This document shows positions 37,016-49,787 of a DNA stretch of 64,000 bases, one piece after another. This stretch comes from Lingula anatina (taxonomy: Eukaryota > Animalia > Brachiopoda), in NCBI GenBank assembly GCA_051362555.1, contig CM120644.1:12980567-13044566 (forward strand), read 5' to 3'. A program made the translations under genes and the position numbers. A model generated the notes under the pieces. It saw only the letters and a list, made by a program, of their open reading frames with translations. It was not told the origin of the DNA and did no database searches. Within the stretch, counting starts at the first letter, position 1; each line of letters opens with the position of its first letter.

Positions 37016-39697
37016 CTCAGGTTTTGCGACAACCATATCGCCATCCACAGTTATTGTATACCATGTGTTATCTCCATCTTGCTTAAATTGGTAGCCGCGG
37101 ATTTTCAAGATAACTGGGTCGAGATCGGTAACTACAAACCATGGCACATCTTGAGGAAGGTCACTCTTCCGAGAAATTGCAGGAAAATTGCTCTGCCAAG
37201 TAAACTTCGCTGAAAAAGGAGGATGCATACATTGACATTTGTCTCAGCCTTGGAAACATCTGATACAAAATGTATGTGATGAGAGATTCCCTAATCAAAT
37301 TAAGCGATATTAAAACGACTATAAACATAGGGAAAGAAGAAAAATAGAAACGACATTAAAAAGACTACATAAACAGTAAGAGGAATTTTTTCGCTTTTTA
37401 TCAATGCATGTACCTCAAGCCGTAAAATGATATGCACACTTTAAGAGCTACATCACTGTTTTTACTTCATAAAAATAGGCAGGGCCATAAAAAAGCATTC
37501 CATACACTAAAATCTGACAGTTACTTGCATCAGCGTCCAATGTTCCAGCCATATCAACAACGTACTCGTCTTTGTCCGGGTCCACTTTCACGTTGGTCAC
37601 TTGTAGGAACCCATCTCCTGCATTGGACATCACTGACCACAGCGAAACTATATCGCCGTCTCTAGGCTGAAATGAGGCAATTTTCCGTATTGTATTGTAT
37701 TGTACTGTACTGTACTTACTGTACTGCACATGTATTGTATTTCATTACATCACGTCACGTCACATCACATCGCATTACACTAAAACAACGGAGTCTTTAC
37801 AATTAGATCCTGCTTTAAGTAGCAAAAATGGACGGACACTGAACCAGTAAGCAGACAAATCTACAAAGTCTACGATAAACACAAGTCGTAGAAATGCATG
37901 GATAAATAAATAAAGTAAACGATTATGAAACATCATGTATATTTAGTATAATATATATATATAGTACAAATAGTTATAATGTTTATCCATGCAATACTAA
38001 TGAAATAGTACATGTGCTTTAAATATACACACAGCTGGATACAAACAAACAAACGTGGAAATTAATGAAACGAGTGTAAGACAGACACAGAGACAGACAA
38101 AGAGATCGGTAGACAAAGGATGCGCAGACGCACCTGATTGGACGGTGCTGACTTCCGATTGTCATGGACCACAACTTGCACTCCACGATTGGGCAAAGGC
38201 ACGATGTCGATCTTGAAATCTTCGGTGTCACAACGTGGTGGCCGTGGCAGAACTCGATCTTCGGCGCTTTCGCTCGCCAGAGGCTAAAAAAGGACAATTT
38301 CATACTATAAATGGATCCGGGTTCTTTAACGACGTTCTTTTTTTCACATTACAGTACCGGGTATACATTTGTCTCTATACCCCCATGATGCAAATCGATT
38401 AAATCACAGTCTAGGTTTTATGACGTCGTGTGCAAACAGATGTAGACTTCCCACTTGTGAAGGATTGAAGTAGGGAAGATGTAAGGGAAAATGTAGGGAA
38501 GATTTTAATGTGCTTTTGTTAATAATTATAATAATGAAATAATTGGCCTAGATCGTATCATAAATTGTATCGATCCCTTAGGGAGACAGATCATCAGTAT
38601 TAACTTGGAACTACGATGCACTGTTGCTCCCTGCGTCAAAGGCCTGCTTTCTCCCGATTTGGTGAGCCAGATCGGGATGCACTATAATCAGGGTGTAAGT
38701 AAGCTCAGCACCTGTGTCACTAGAATATGAAGCCATTCAGAATGAGAAGAGCCGAGTGCTAGCTAGGTCACGACCTAAATATGGCAGACCTACACGAAAG
38801 GAAGACCGCTTAATCCTGTAATGGTCTCTCCGCCTCTCACGCCTCCCCACGCGTCGTCCCTTCAGAAGCACAGTAATTAAATCTCGGCTCAATTCAAACG
38901 GTCGGGGGAACACGCGTGGGAGAGGCGGAAAGACCATTACAGGATTAAGCGGTCTTCCTTTCATGTAGGTCCGCCATATTTATGTCGTGGCCTAGCTAGC
39001 ACTCGGCTCTTCTCACTCTCAATAGTCTCTATCTCGTGCTCACATTTGGGACGGAGAAAACCAAGATAGATATACGGTGCACATACAATTCGAAGTGTAC
39101 TGTGTGTAAAAGAAACAAAATGTCAAAAATATAAGTATACTCGGCGTAGTTCCGTCGCGCTCGATCGTGTATTATACCAGGGAATTATATCGTCCCTGAT
39201 CATACGAACAATTTCATATCTCGCGTGCATTTGCCAGATGCCAAGGCAACCACTTTGCACGCCGAAAAGGCCGGTGTCACGAAACTAAGGGTCCGTGTAA
39301 CAGAAAGTCCGCCCTCCATATAATTATGGGTTAGGTAAGGGTTGGCCTGATCTAAGTAGGTCAGAATCTATAGGGCGACGCTTACCTGTACAAATGAATG
39401 GGAAGAAAACTATCATGGGGGAATCTCTGTCACGTTACACCGGGACATTTTAAGGGCAATGGGTAAGCTGCAAATAGTGAAAATAAATAAAGTTTTTTTT
39501 GGACACTGAATTCTAAATTAGGAAATATAAGAAACTGTACGGGATAAAATTAGGACTGTGGATCATTCTCCGACGCGTACACTTTACTTTCAATTTTTCA
39601 TTGTAAAGCCTACCCTGAGCATCTATAAGTAAAAGAAAAAGACAGGGGAGGAAAGTGTGTACATACACATGCTAAGTGTGTGTGTGTGTGTGTGTGC

Positions 39698-39733
<36 letters not shown>

Positions 39734-39885
39734 CAGAGAGAGGGAAGGAAAACTAGAGAGAGAACAAGAGACGTGCAGTGATGTACCAATATAAGCATGT
39801 GCAGGGTGAGGGACGATAGCCATGTATGTATATTTACCTGACGCTCATCGTCGTGTTTAGCCCTTAAACTGCTGCGGTTTCCCAT
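37016..39885 (-). CDS. N-myristoylation-motif protein with FGF/IL-1-like beta-trefoil features (178 aa traced; final exon not found)
   Basis: Exons 39885-39838 (MGNRSSLRAKHDDERQ), 38283-38134, 37666-37525, 37209-37016; canonical GT-AG sites, phases 0,0,1,0, open frame. TATAAATA at 39958-39965. Exons are conserved in a second copy at 49.8-55.1 kb. The fold assignment is inference. Confidence 0.7.
38729..39029. mobile_element. Foldback MITE in intron 1 (about 115-bp inverted arms; Sola-like end)
   Basis: GAGAAGAGCCGAGTGCTAGCTAGG...CCTAGCTAGCACTCGGCTCTTCTC. Absent at the paralogous site near 55555; TAT duplicated. Confidence 0.85.
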
Positions 39886-41599
39886 ATCGTCACTGCGAAG
39901 GAAAAGACCGTTAAACGACCTAGCTGCGATGTCATGCACAGTTTAACAAACAAAGCCTATTTATAAATTGAGTCCGCTAGTATATGATACGTACTCAGTA
40001 AAAGAATTGGCAACCTTGACTTAAATTCATTGCACTAGTTCACACCAGCGCGCGCGCGTACACACACGCTCTGAAATGTAGACACAAGTACATGTTGGGC
40101 GACATACCTATATAAACTGTATCATAGCTATTTCTTTCAAATTAGAATATCCACATAGAATGACTTACAATGAAACTGTCCACGAGATCCTTTCAGCTGG
40201 CTGCCCTGTGTGTAACTGACACAGATCTTTGCCGTTCGTCTCTTTAAATTTTGGCTGCTTCCCTCTGCACTGTTAAAATGGGCCAGCCTACACCCTTCAC
40301 TTGGATATTTGAGAATGAACACGCTTAATCTTTCAACACATTTTGACCCTGTTCTTTTGTGTCTTAAGAAAATAGATCAAACAAAATTAAATGTGATAGC
40401 GCCTTGTCACAGCATAAACCCACCGCCCATGGAGTCAAGTCGATTAGAAAGTAGGCATTGCATTGACAACGTGCGAATCAGTTATGCCCGACGGCGTGAG
40501 TCGTATGCTGAAGGGGGTAAGTCCTCATTGTCGCATGACCTTTTTTACATCCGGTTCGGAACGGTTTTCAAAGAAATCCAAAAATAAAGATCAATAAAGG
40601 CAAGTGAATCATACACAGAATATCTGAAGTATGCGTGGGTGTTTGAAGGTTAATATGAAGAATACCCTGCTAGATAATTACATGTAATTAGCTTGTGCTT
40701 CTATACGCTTACAACCTCTCTTATCAGAGTCCTGCTAGTAGGGCACCTCAAATTAATATTTTATCTGTTAGTTGGAGGCCTTTACTTTTAGTTTTATGGA
40801 TCACTCAAGATTTTGTATACTTTATGTACAGTGGCAAAGGGTTCAAGATGTAATCCGGATTATCGGGAATTGACAATTCAGCGTAGAAAAGTATATCGGT
40901 ACGTTCATATTTTTCATATTTTTATCTTCTTGTTGGAGGCCTTTTCTTTTAATTCTATTGATCATTCAAGATATTGTAGACGTTACGTAGAATAGGGCTC
41001 AGGGGATAATCGAAAGTATAAATACATGTTTAAGCGATTTCATTCTGTTGAACTTAAGAGATAGGCAGAGTGACAGCTCAATGCAAGGGCAATGTATTTA
41101 GTGCCAAGTACATCATAGACTTGTTTACACAAATAATAATCTTTTCTTTCTTTCTTTTTTTTTTTTTTTTTTTTTTTGGGGGGGGGAGGGGTGGCGCAAA
41201 AGTGCACCCACCGATAATCATGCAGCTTTCTTAACCGTAACGGAGATGTATTTGCAGTAGGTCGTAGCATTAAGATCAAACTACTGACGTAAAGCTGAAA
41301 CCCACAGAGGACGATAGTACATGTACCAAGCACTTTCTTTTTTATCCTGATTTGTCGTCATTTCCCGATAATCCGGATGTATAGAACGTGGGTGGGCGTA
41401 AGTTGTATTAAAAGGTCTTGTTAACATCCACCGTAGAATGATAGGATGCAATGTTCAGCCGCTGTGAAATAACTTGCTCGTATCCCGAAATTTGTTCATT
41501 CTCCTTACTTCTGGTCATTTTGTTGGATATTGCTGTTACATATGATTAAAAGGTTAATTTCTACTTATACACTTAAACACACACGGCAGTCCTTCTCTT

Positions 41600-41645
<46 letters not shown>

Positions 41646-43301
41646 ATTCACACACTTATACACACACTGCACAGCCTAAGCTTCAGATATGTCACAGTGC
41701 CCCGGCGACCTTAAAACAACATGATACCTGTGAGAAATGGAACTTGACAGGGTCGCTGTATGTAATTACCGATACACTTCAACGAAGAAGTGTGTAGATA
41801 AGTACTGGGTAAAAGCAGTAACACGTTCTAAATTCACGACTGTGAGGGTGCAAAGGAAGTGTGTAGGAGGAAGCGACTACGAGGGGATAGTTTTAGCCCC
41901 CGTATTTCCTGTGGTTAAGAATGAGGTGGCTGACGAAAATGGGGTCAGCCCCCTCCCCCCTACAGCCCCCCCCACCCCCCACCCCCGCGCTCTTTTGCCT
42001 CTGCTGGTGTCGGCACATAGGAATACTAGTACAAGCCAAACTTTACCCATACAGAGGTACATAATACATAACTTATTTATCAAATAAATACAACTTATAT
42101 TCCAACGGTATAATAATTATATATTCCAATCTTGCAGAATGCAGTGTTCTTCTTTTTTTTTTCATTCTAAGTCAAGCCATTTTTTGTCCAGTCACATATA
42201 GTCATGTCTTAAATATAGCAGCAGAGCACATCTAAACATGTAACGGACATTCGCTCAAAATCCTCACACAATGCTATACGTAGATCCTGGTCTGCACTTG
42301 TGGAAGACAAATAACACGCCATCCTGGTGGAGAAAAAGTGATGACATCAGATTGGTAATAGTAGAATGAATATATTAATCTGGTTAAATGAAAAGTATAT
42401 TCGGAATAGTTCATTAAATGACACTAACTATTAGTGGACATGTAAGCCATTTGCCATTTACTTCGTTATGTAAAATAGGCACAAAATTTTAATTAAAAAC
42501 TGTCTGCTACTAATTAATCTATTCCCAAATCAGACATAATTTCACTTAAGACCTGAATTCAAAGTTAATCAGTAATATGAAACATGGCATTTCCCGAAAA
42601 TAAATAAAATGGTCCCAAGGCCTACTTGTGATCACCCCTTTTCGTCATACTGTAGAAATGGAGTGAGGTAAAAATCTCAACATTACGTAAATAAAAAAGA
42701 AACAACTGAAATGACGTGTATTTATCAATAAATGGTGAACTTTTACATAGTTTAATAGGTTTGAACAATAGTAGACAGTAAAAAAAAGTAGAATACGCCT
42801 TCTTATCTTAAAATGTTTATTCTGTAAATAAACATTAAGTGACTATACGCAAAGTAAAGTGATAAAAAGCCAATATTGTGTAAAAAATAATCGCAAACGA
42901 ACTCATGTCCTGAGAATTTGTCCAATTTACAATAGCATAAATGTTAATAATTCATACAGAAATAAAAGTTATAGGCCTACTGCTTAAAGCAACCGCGAGT
43001 AACGTTTGCTAAAAAAGTTTTAGAGTTATCATTAAATTTTATTGAAGGGAAAGGGACTAAATTGACCGTTTTGTTTTGGAAAATGGAGTTGTGAGGGTAG
43101 TGATGAACTCTTTGATCTTCTCATGGGGAAGGTTCACATATGCCAACCCCTAAAGAACGTGCAATATATGTTCTCATCAAATTGAAGTAGTTTGGGAAAT
43201 GATTTGAATCTCATCTGAAAAAAAAGACGGAAAACCACCTCTCTCTCCCTCTCTCTCTCAAACATCCACTAACGGGCACAACACATGGAAATAATGGGGT
43301 T

Positions 43302-43354
<53 letters not shown>

Positions 43355-44384
43355 GGGTAGACCGGGGCTAAACGCCCAGTCGGGGTCAAACGCCCACCCG
43401 CTTTTTTTCAGGTATTACGAATAAATACGCGTCTCGTGATGTTTTGACCACTTCCGATTTCCAGCAGACTTATCCTCCATGACGGAGATGACCACAAACT
43501 AAAAAATAAGCATTTTATGATAATTTGTTCATTTTTGCCTTGTTTACTGTTATTTAGCCTTTTCCTTAACATCAGTGACACCACCTACCAAATGCACGAA
43601 TTCAAAAAACTTTGTTGGTGACAGATAGGATGGTATCAGACCTCCATACAAGTTTCGATGAAGTCAGATTGTATAAAACTTTTCCCGCCGAATTTTGAAA
43701 AAATATACAAAATCTCACTTTGGGGCAAAACGCCCATGCTGATATGGGGCAAAACGCCTATAGTGGGCGTTTTGCCCCGATCACTGGGCGTTTTGCCCCC
43801 TTTCGTTTTTAAATAAAAAATAATTCTAAAAAGATGCGGAAGTGTTCTTTCATGCATGTTTTTTTATTGTATATCATCAGTTATAACACTTATATGGGGA
43901 AAAGCCAAAGCAAGTGGCTGTACTAGGAACTTAATTTTGGAAGTATCACAGTGCCCTGTCGTAAAGAGTAGAATTACAGCTCATTCTGAATAAATTTGAT
44001 GGGTATGTTTATTATCTCAGTATCCCAAAATATTATATGTTGCTTTTAAAGGCTTACCAAGTTGTCTCGTAGAAATATAATTTGATTTTATTTTGCTTTG
44101 TACAAAGGCGGGGCATAACGCCTATAGTTTGGGGCAAGACGCCCACGGTGGGCGTTAAGCCCCGTGGTGCGAGGCGTAATGCCCCAGCCATGGGGCAAAA
44201 AGGCCGATTTTATAATTTACCTATTTTTTACCTATAAGGTTTTTCTTTTGTTTGTTTCCAAAAGTGTTAGTATCAGTTTGTAGTCTAGTCAGCCCTTCAT
44301 AGTTAACACCCACTTTGAACGGTCTATACCTCCAGCAGGGAAAATTGTGATGTTTCTTGCTTAAGGGGGGCGTTTAGCCCCGGT

Positions 44385-44390
<6 letters not shown>
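43355..44390. mobile_element. TA-targeting MITE (Tc1/mariner-pogo type) inserted in a (TA)n tract
   Basis: Perfect TIR GGGTAGACCGGGGCTAAACGCCC; internal GGGGCAAAACGCCC repeats. Confidence 0.9.
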
Positions 44391-44447
<57 letters not shown>

Positions 44448-45640
44448 TAAAATTAATGCACGTGAAATGTATTCCCTTTAGTGAATGGCAATCATGGACC
44501 AAAAATAGGGGCAAACTCTCATCGCTGATATTAGACATTGCAGTCTCACTTACAGTGTAGTGCACTGGTCATCAGACGACATAATGTCATGAACCTACAG
44601 GCACCGGTATATTATAAGATACACCTTCACCACTATAAGGCCCCCTTCTTATAGACGCCATAGTCTACATGGATCGAACCTACTTTGCAAGGACCTCGCT
44701 GTCTGCAATGGCACGCCTCCTCCTGACGTTAAGTACAATACAGAAAAGCTGGTGATTATTAACCTTTTCATCTTTTGCGGAAATACGAAGTGCGCATGAC
44801 AGGAACCGCGCGCCACAGGGGTCATGGTAGTCCTCTGCTGTTTCCAGCAATGGCAATGCTAGGTGTAGATGATGTACAAGGTGCGCATATAAAAAGGTCG
44901 TTTGAAGCGTGCACTGCTTTCTGTCAAACTAAAAAGGTGGCTGAAGCACAGAAATGCGTAAACTGTAGGCAAGAAACAGCTATTTGGGCGGAGAATAAGC
45001 AATTAAACGTTTTCTTTCTCAGTTTAAATACGATGCGCTGTACAACTAGACTTCACCTAAGCGTCCGAGCCTTGGCTGCACTTTCAATAGTGATGACAAA
45101 CTAAAGCTTCAGAGTTCTTTTAAATGCTTCCGATAATAAAGATATGCGAAAGGGACTCGTTATTTTCTTATATATAAAATCAAAATAGCCAGTAGACTCG
45201 TACACAGCTTTCAAGAGTGTGGACAGGTGCGTAGGCCTACGTCTTCACAATATTGCATGTATATATGCAAGCTGTGGCGATATCACCTCATTTACCGGCA
45301 GTGTCAATTCTTTACGATTTTTATGTCTTGTTTGAAGGATGTCTTAAGAGATTTTTAAAATGATAAAATGAAAAGATTTCCTGCATTGTTTGACTCGTAC
45401 CTACTGTGTATACAGGTAAAACTGACACGCAGATCGTTCGTCGATGAACTGATTAAATCGTTTGGTACCTGATAAGGCATCAGGTGTTACTTGATCAATT
45501 GTTCTGTAAGGGGGGCAGCCACAACTACGACCTTTCCTCTGTAATTAAAACCTTCTAATTTTAAGTGTTAAATAGGTGAGACAGGAATTCTCGAGTCTTT
45601 CCCAGAAGATAATTAAAGTTTACCGTGTCTTACTGTAGTA

Positions 45641-46908
45641 GGGGAAACCGGGGCTAGTTGGCCCAGTCAGACACTTTTTGCCTTGTAGAGCCAACTAGGA
45701 ATGGGTTAGAGTAACAAAACCTTTTTCAAAGTAAGCCCCATGAACTAAGCTACGTATGCAACGTCATTATTTTTCAAATATAATGCCAGATGGCTCACAA
45801 TTTGACAAAAAACGCAGTTGACGTCAGGGGGGCCAACTTGCCCCGCCACGGGGCAAGTTGGCCCCCCTATACGAAAATGAAGTATATATCCCATGTAAAC
45901 GCCTTGAAATACATTTTTATACATTTTTAATTTATTAAATTGATTTTTGAGAGTCTTTGATGAATAAATAGTCCAAATGAGGCAGATTTATTGAGATTTC
46001 CGTACGTCACGTTGTAGGGGGGGGGGGGGGGTATGTGTTGTAAGAACCAAAATATCTATCAATAAAATTTGTTTTGTTTTAATTAAGAAAAAATTAATAA
46101 TGGTATAAAGAAGGTTTTTAATGAATGAAAACGAATAATAAATTTTCTTTTTAAAAGAAAGTAACAAATTCAGTTTTAAACCATTGAGTTTGTTTCAACA
46201 ATGGTCTCTAGCTAGGGAGGGGTGGAAAATCCCCTTGGGGCCACATATAACACTATGAATACAAAGAGAATCCCCTTACAATGAATTAAGGCAAAATAAA
46301 TGTTTTTTCTAAGGAAAGTCCAATAGATTTGCTTTTTAATATTTACAATCAACAGAACATTTCTAATATAAATTTTCAAAAAGACACCAGAGAGCAAATT
46401 AAATAAAATCAATCAGACGGTAAACACCGGCAAGCTTTGTCAATTTCACCAACTTGTTTATTTCAAACAGCGTTGCGCGCAAAGGATTGCGGGTAATACG
46501 AGGGTCCAACTTGCCCCGAGTCAAGGGGGCCAACTAGCCCCGGGTGCACATTATTTATTTTAAAGGATGGTAGCCATTTATGGTGCTAGAATGAACAACG
46601 ATGATACATCTCTGTGAAACTTGAAACAATGAGCTTCAGTTTGATGCAATATACATATCTTATATTCGATCAAAAGCCTATGAAAATAGATTTTTAAATC
46701 TCTTAAACAAAATTACTTTTAGGTGCAAAAATCGTTTATTTCGACTCACCGCTTAAGTAAAACTTTTTAACGTCCGACACTTCCTTAGCATTGTAGGCTA
46801 CGGTCACTTTACAAGAGTATGTGGCCAATTTTTTTACCTCGTAGTTACTTTTTCATAAATTGACGGGGGGCCAACTTACCCCGGGGTCCAACTAGCCCCG
46901 GTCTCCCC
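45641..46908. mobile_element. TA-targeting MITE of a related family
   Basis: TIR GGGGAAACCGGGGCTAGTTGG / CCAACTAGCCCCGGTCTCCCC, TA flanks, internal CCAACTTGCCCC repeats. Confidence 0.9.
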
Positions 46909-49787
46909 TATATGTTCAAAATTTACGACAGGTAAAAATGTCAGACTTTCGGTCTGACAAGTATGGAAATTTTGTCAAACTGAAACAAAACCGTCAGGCA
47001 AATACAAAATTATAGCAAGAGGCCAAATTATTTGATTTTTAAATGTTTTTATGCGTATTTTCATTGTTTTCAATCAAAGACAACAAAATCATTCAAATAA
47101 AGTGTTTTCCACACATTTAATACTTTTCAACTATCTAAGACAGTTAAATATACGTAGGCCTACTTTAATACTAAGCATATTTGTATTACTTTACAAATAC
47201 GTTGTTAGATTATTTTTATTATCCATTTTGTCTTTACCATACATGTATTATGTACGTGTAGCTTACGGAAAGGCTTTTCTGCATTTTTTTGTAAAAAATA
47301 TGCCCATTGAATTTTCCAATTCTCTTGTCACTGAGTTCAGAAATAAATAACTTTTTATTTTGCCGATAACGTGTTCACCAAGAGCCGATGTAGGCCTACT
47401 TTCTTCTTCGTATATCTCTGTTAATCTTGATAATATGAGCCCCGTTTGTACAAATCAGTAATACGTATACGGGACTGGATACACAATAATAAAAATTTTA
47501 TTAACGTCTCACGTTAAAAAAAATAGAACCCACCTTACTAAGGGTTATGAGAGACTAAAACCTGTGATAGGCCTAATACATTTAAAAAGATCACTTATCA
47601 ATAAAACACACACAAAAAGGATATAACATACAAAACTTTTCAAACCTTCTCTTTGTTGTTACACAAAAAGTCGTGAAAGTTCTTGAATTTTTTGTAAGTA
47701 GAATCCCCGTGTAAAACTTCACAGCTTTTACTTTCTTTTTCCATAATCTCATGCTTGAAGTCTTTTCTTTCTTTTTAGGCCCCGGCCTATTCTTCAATTT
47801 TTTCTTCAGATCTTTATAATGTTTTTTTTTCTCGCATTGTTTACCCCCGAGTTCTATTTGCCGATAGTTCGTTATATCCGTTGATTAACTAAGCATTTCT
47901 GTTTTTTATTAAAGCACCGTTGATCTCCTAATATTATAGTTTTTCTTCCCGCCTTCGAAATGTTCAGCGCAAACGCGGTGCCCTGCTTTTGATCCAAACC
48001 TGCTATATTTTCCTTTCTTTCTACCATATTTTTCATTCTAACGGGTTTGTTGGGAACTTATTTAACCTCATGTGTCGATCTCGCTTACTGTTATTGTAGC
48101 AGCGGGACAAAAAGCACGTAAACCCAGCCATGGTTTTTAGCACCGCTGTAAGTGTTTCGGCGTAGCAGGGCTCCCCTACCCACAATGCAATTTCCATTTC
48201 CGGAAAAGATGAAAAATGTCTATACGAGAATGTTGGGAAAAAGAGGAGACACGTCATTCAGTTTAGCTCATTGCACTTAGCAAGAGACCCCCCCCCCCCC
48301 CCAGAGTTGGGTCGATCCACGTGAACGATGGTACTATGGGAATGGGACAGACGCTTAAGCCGGCCAAGCTGACAGTAATCTAGTGAGACTCCCCACAGGG
48401 ATAGATCGATCTAAAAATCTATGGAAATGGGGTGTTATATACATATATCTATGAGAGTACATGATTAACAGTTTACTTCTTTTAAGTAGTGTAGGCTATT
48501 TCTGAAGTATATAAAGAAAAAATGTCTAATCTTCGTCCTTGACTAAAACAAGTTTAATTTTTATCTTTCAAGCAGGTGAAATCCAAGCATTATTTCTTTG
48601 TGCAAAGCCGTTGCATCCTTGACAGTTATAATTTAAGGTTGCCCCTATCGTAGACTAAGAACAAAATGGCGGGGTTCGGCCAGTAGTAGTTAGCGCCCTC
48701 TGGATCTCCCTGCTGCAAGACTTTGCGAGCTGTGCCGTTTGCGCTTGCCCCAAGAAACGCGTTACTTCCTGCACTGCAAATGTTGAACCTGAAATTTATA
48801 AATCAGCCAATAGTATATAATTATCATAGCAATAAAGTTAAAAAAATGAGACGCCATTTATGAAAACTAAATTCGGTTTTGTTAAAGAAGTTGCTGCCAT
48901 CGAATCGTCAAGTTAAATGACTGGCAATTCTGGTAGGCCTTTAAGCAATTTATTAATTTATTGCGCATAAAAATGATAAAATGTTGTCATCATGCTTATA
49001 AGTACCTTATGTTTCGTCCAACTTCTGGCTTTGTATACACTGGCCACCTTGACGGGTTGAATATTTGAGAATGGGTTGGTTGTGAAGCGTCTACGTCATT
49101 TGACTCATTTGAGGGGTTCTGTTTGCAGAAAATGGAAACGTGTATAAAAAACAGCAAACTGGTGTTATTCAAACCAGTAATTAACCCTGATGAAAGAAAA
49201 CATCTCTAGGGGAGATCTGATCGTGACACAGCCAAGGTTTGCCAGCTGAGAAAGGCGTAGGCCTACTGATACTATTTGATTCCGAATGATAAATATTCAG
49301 TAACATGACATTATACTCACGAAAATATAGGACAATGTAACGATCATGTGACATTTTGTTTCACGGCGAAATACACTGTACAACTACTTGATAAAACTCC
49401 TAAAAATCGACGCCAAGCAAATTCTTGGACAAATACAACATTTTATTCAGCCAAGACAAATACAAACCTCTATTTAGCGTCTTCAAAATATCTTGCAAAG
49501 AACAGACAAAGAGGAATTTAGACTAACATCCTCCACCGTACAACCGCAGGTATGTAACTTTCTGACAAAATGAATTGCAAAGAGAGCATTTCTGTTAATA
49601 TGGTTGAATTTCCATATTTTGAAAAAGAGTATTGACCAGGTTGGTACATGTCTTGGTCATCCCTTAATGTGCTTTGTTATCAACTTCAACGATGTACTAT
49701 CAATTATGGAACTATAGTGTGCTTCATGTTCATAAGGACTATCCAAAAGTTCCAACTCATCGTAACGTAGGGAAGGCCAAATCTTAC

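Noticed and set aside
39388-39467. AG/GT-flanked candidate exon in intron 1 of the trefoil-like gene
   Set aside because: In-frame stop, and the acceptor is lost in the second copy (about 62285).
41727-41840. Candidate terminal exon for the trefoil-like gene
   Set aside because: Wrong phase (immediate stop in phase 0) and no counterpart beside copy 1.
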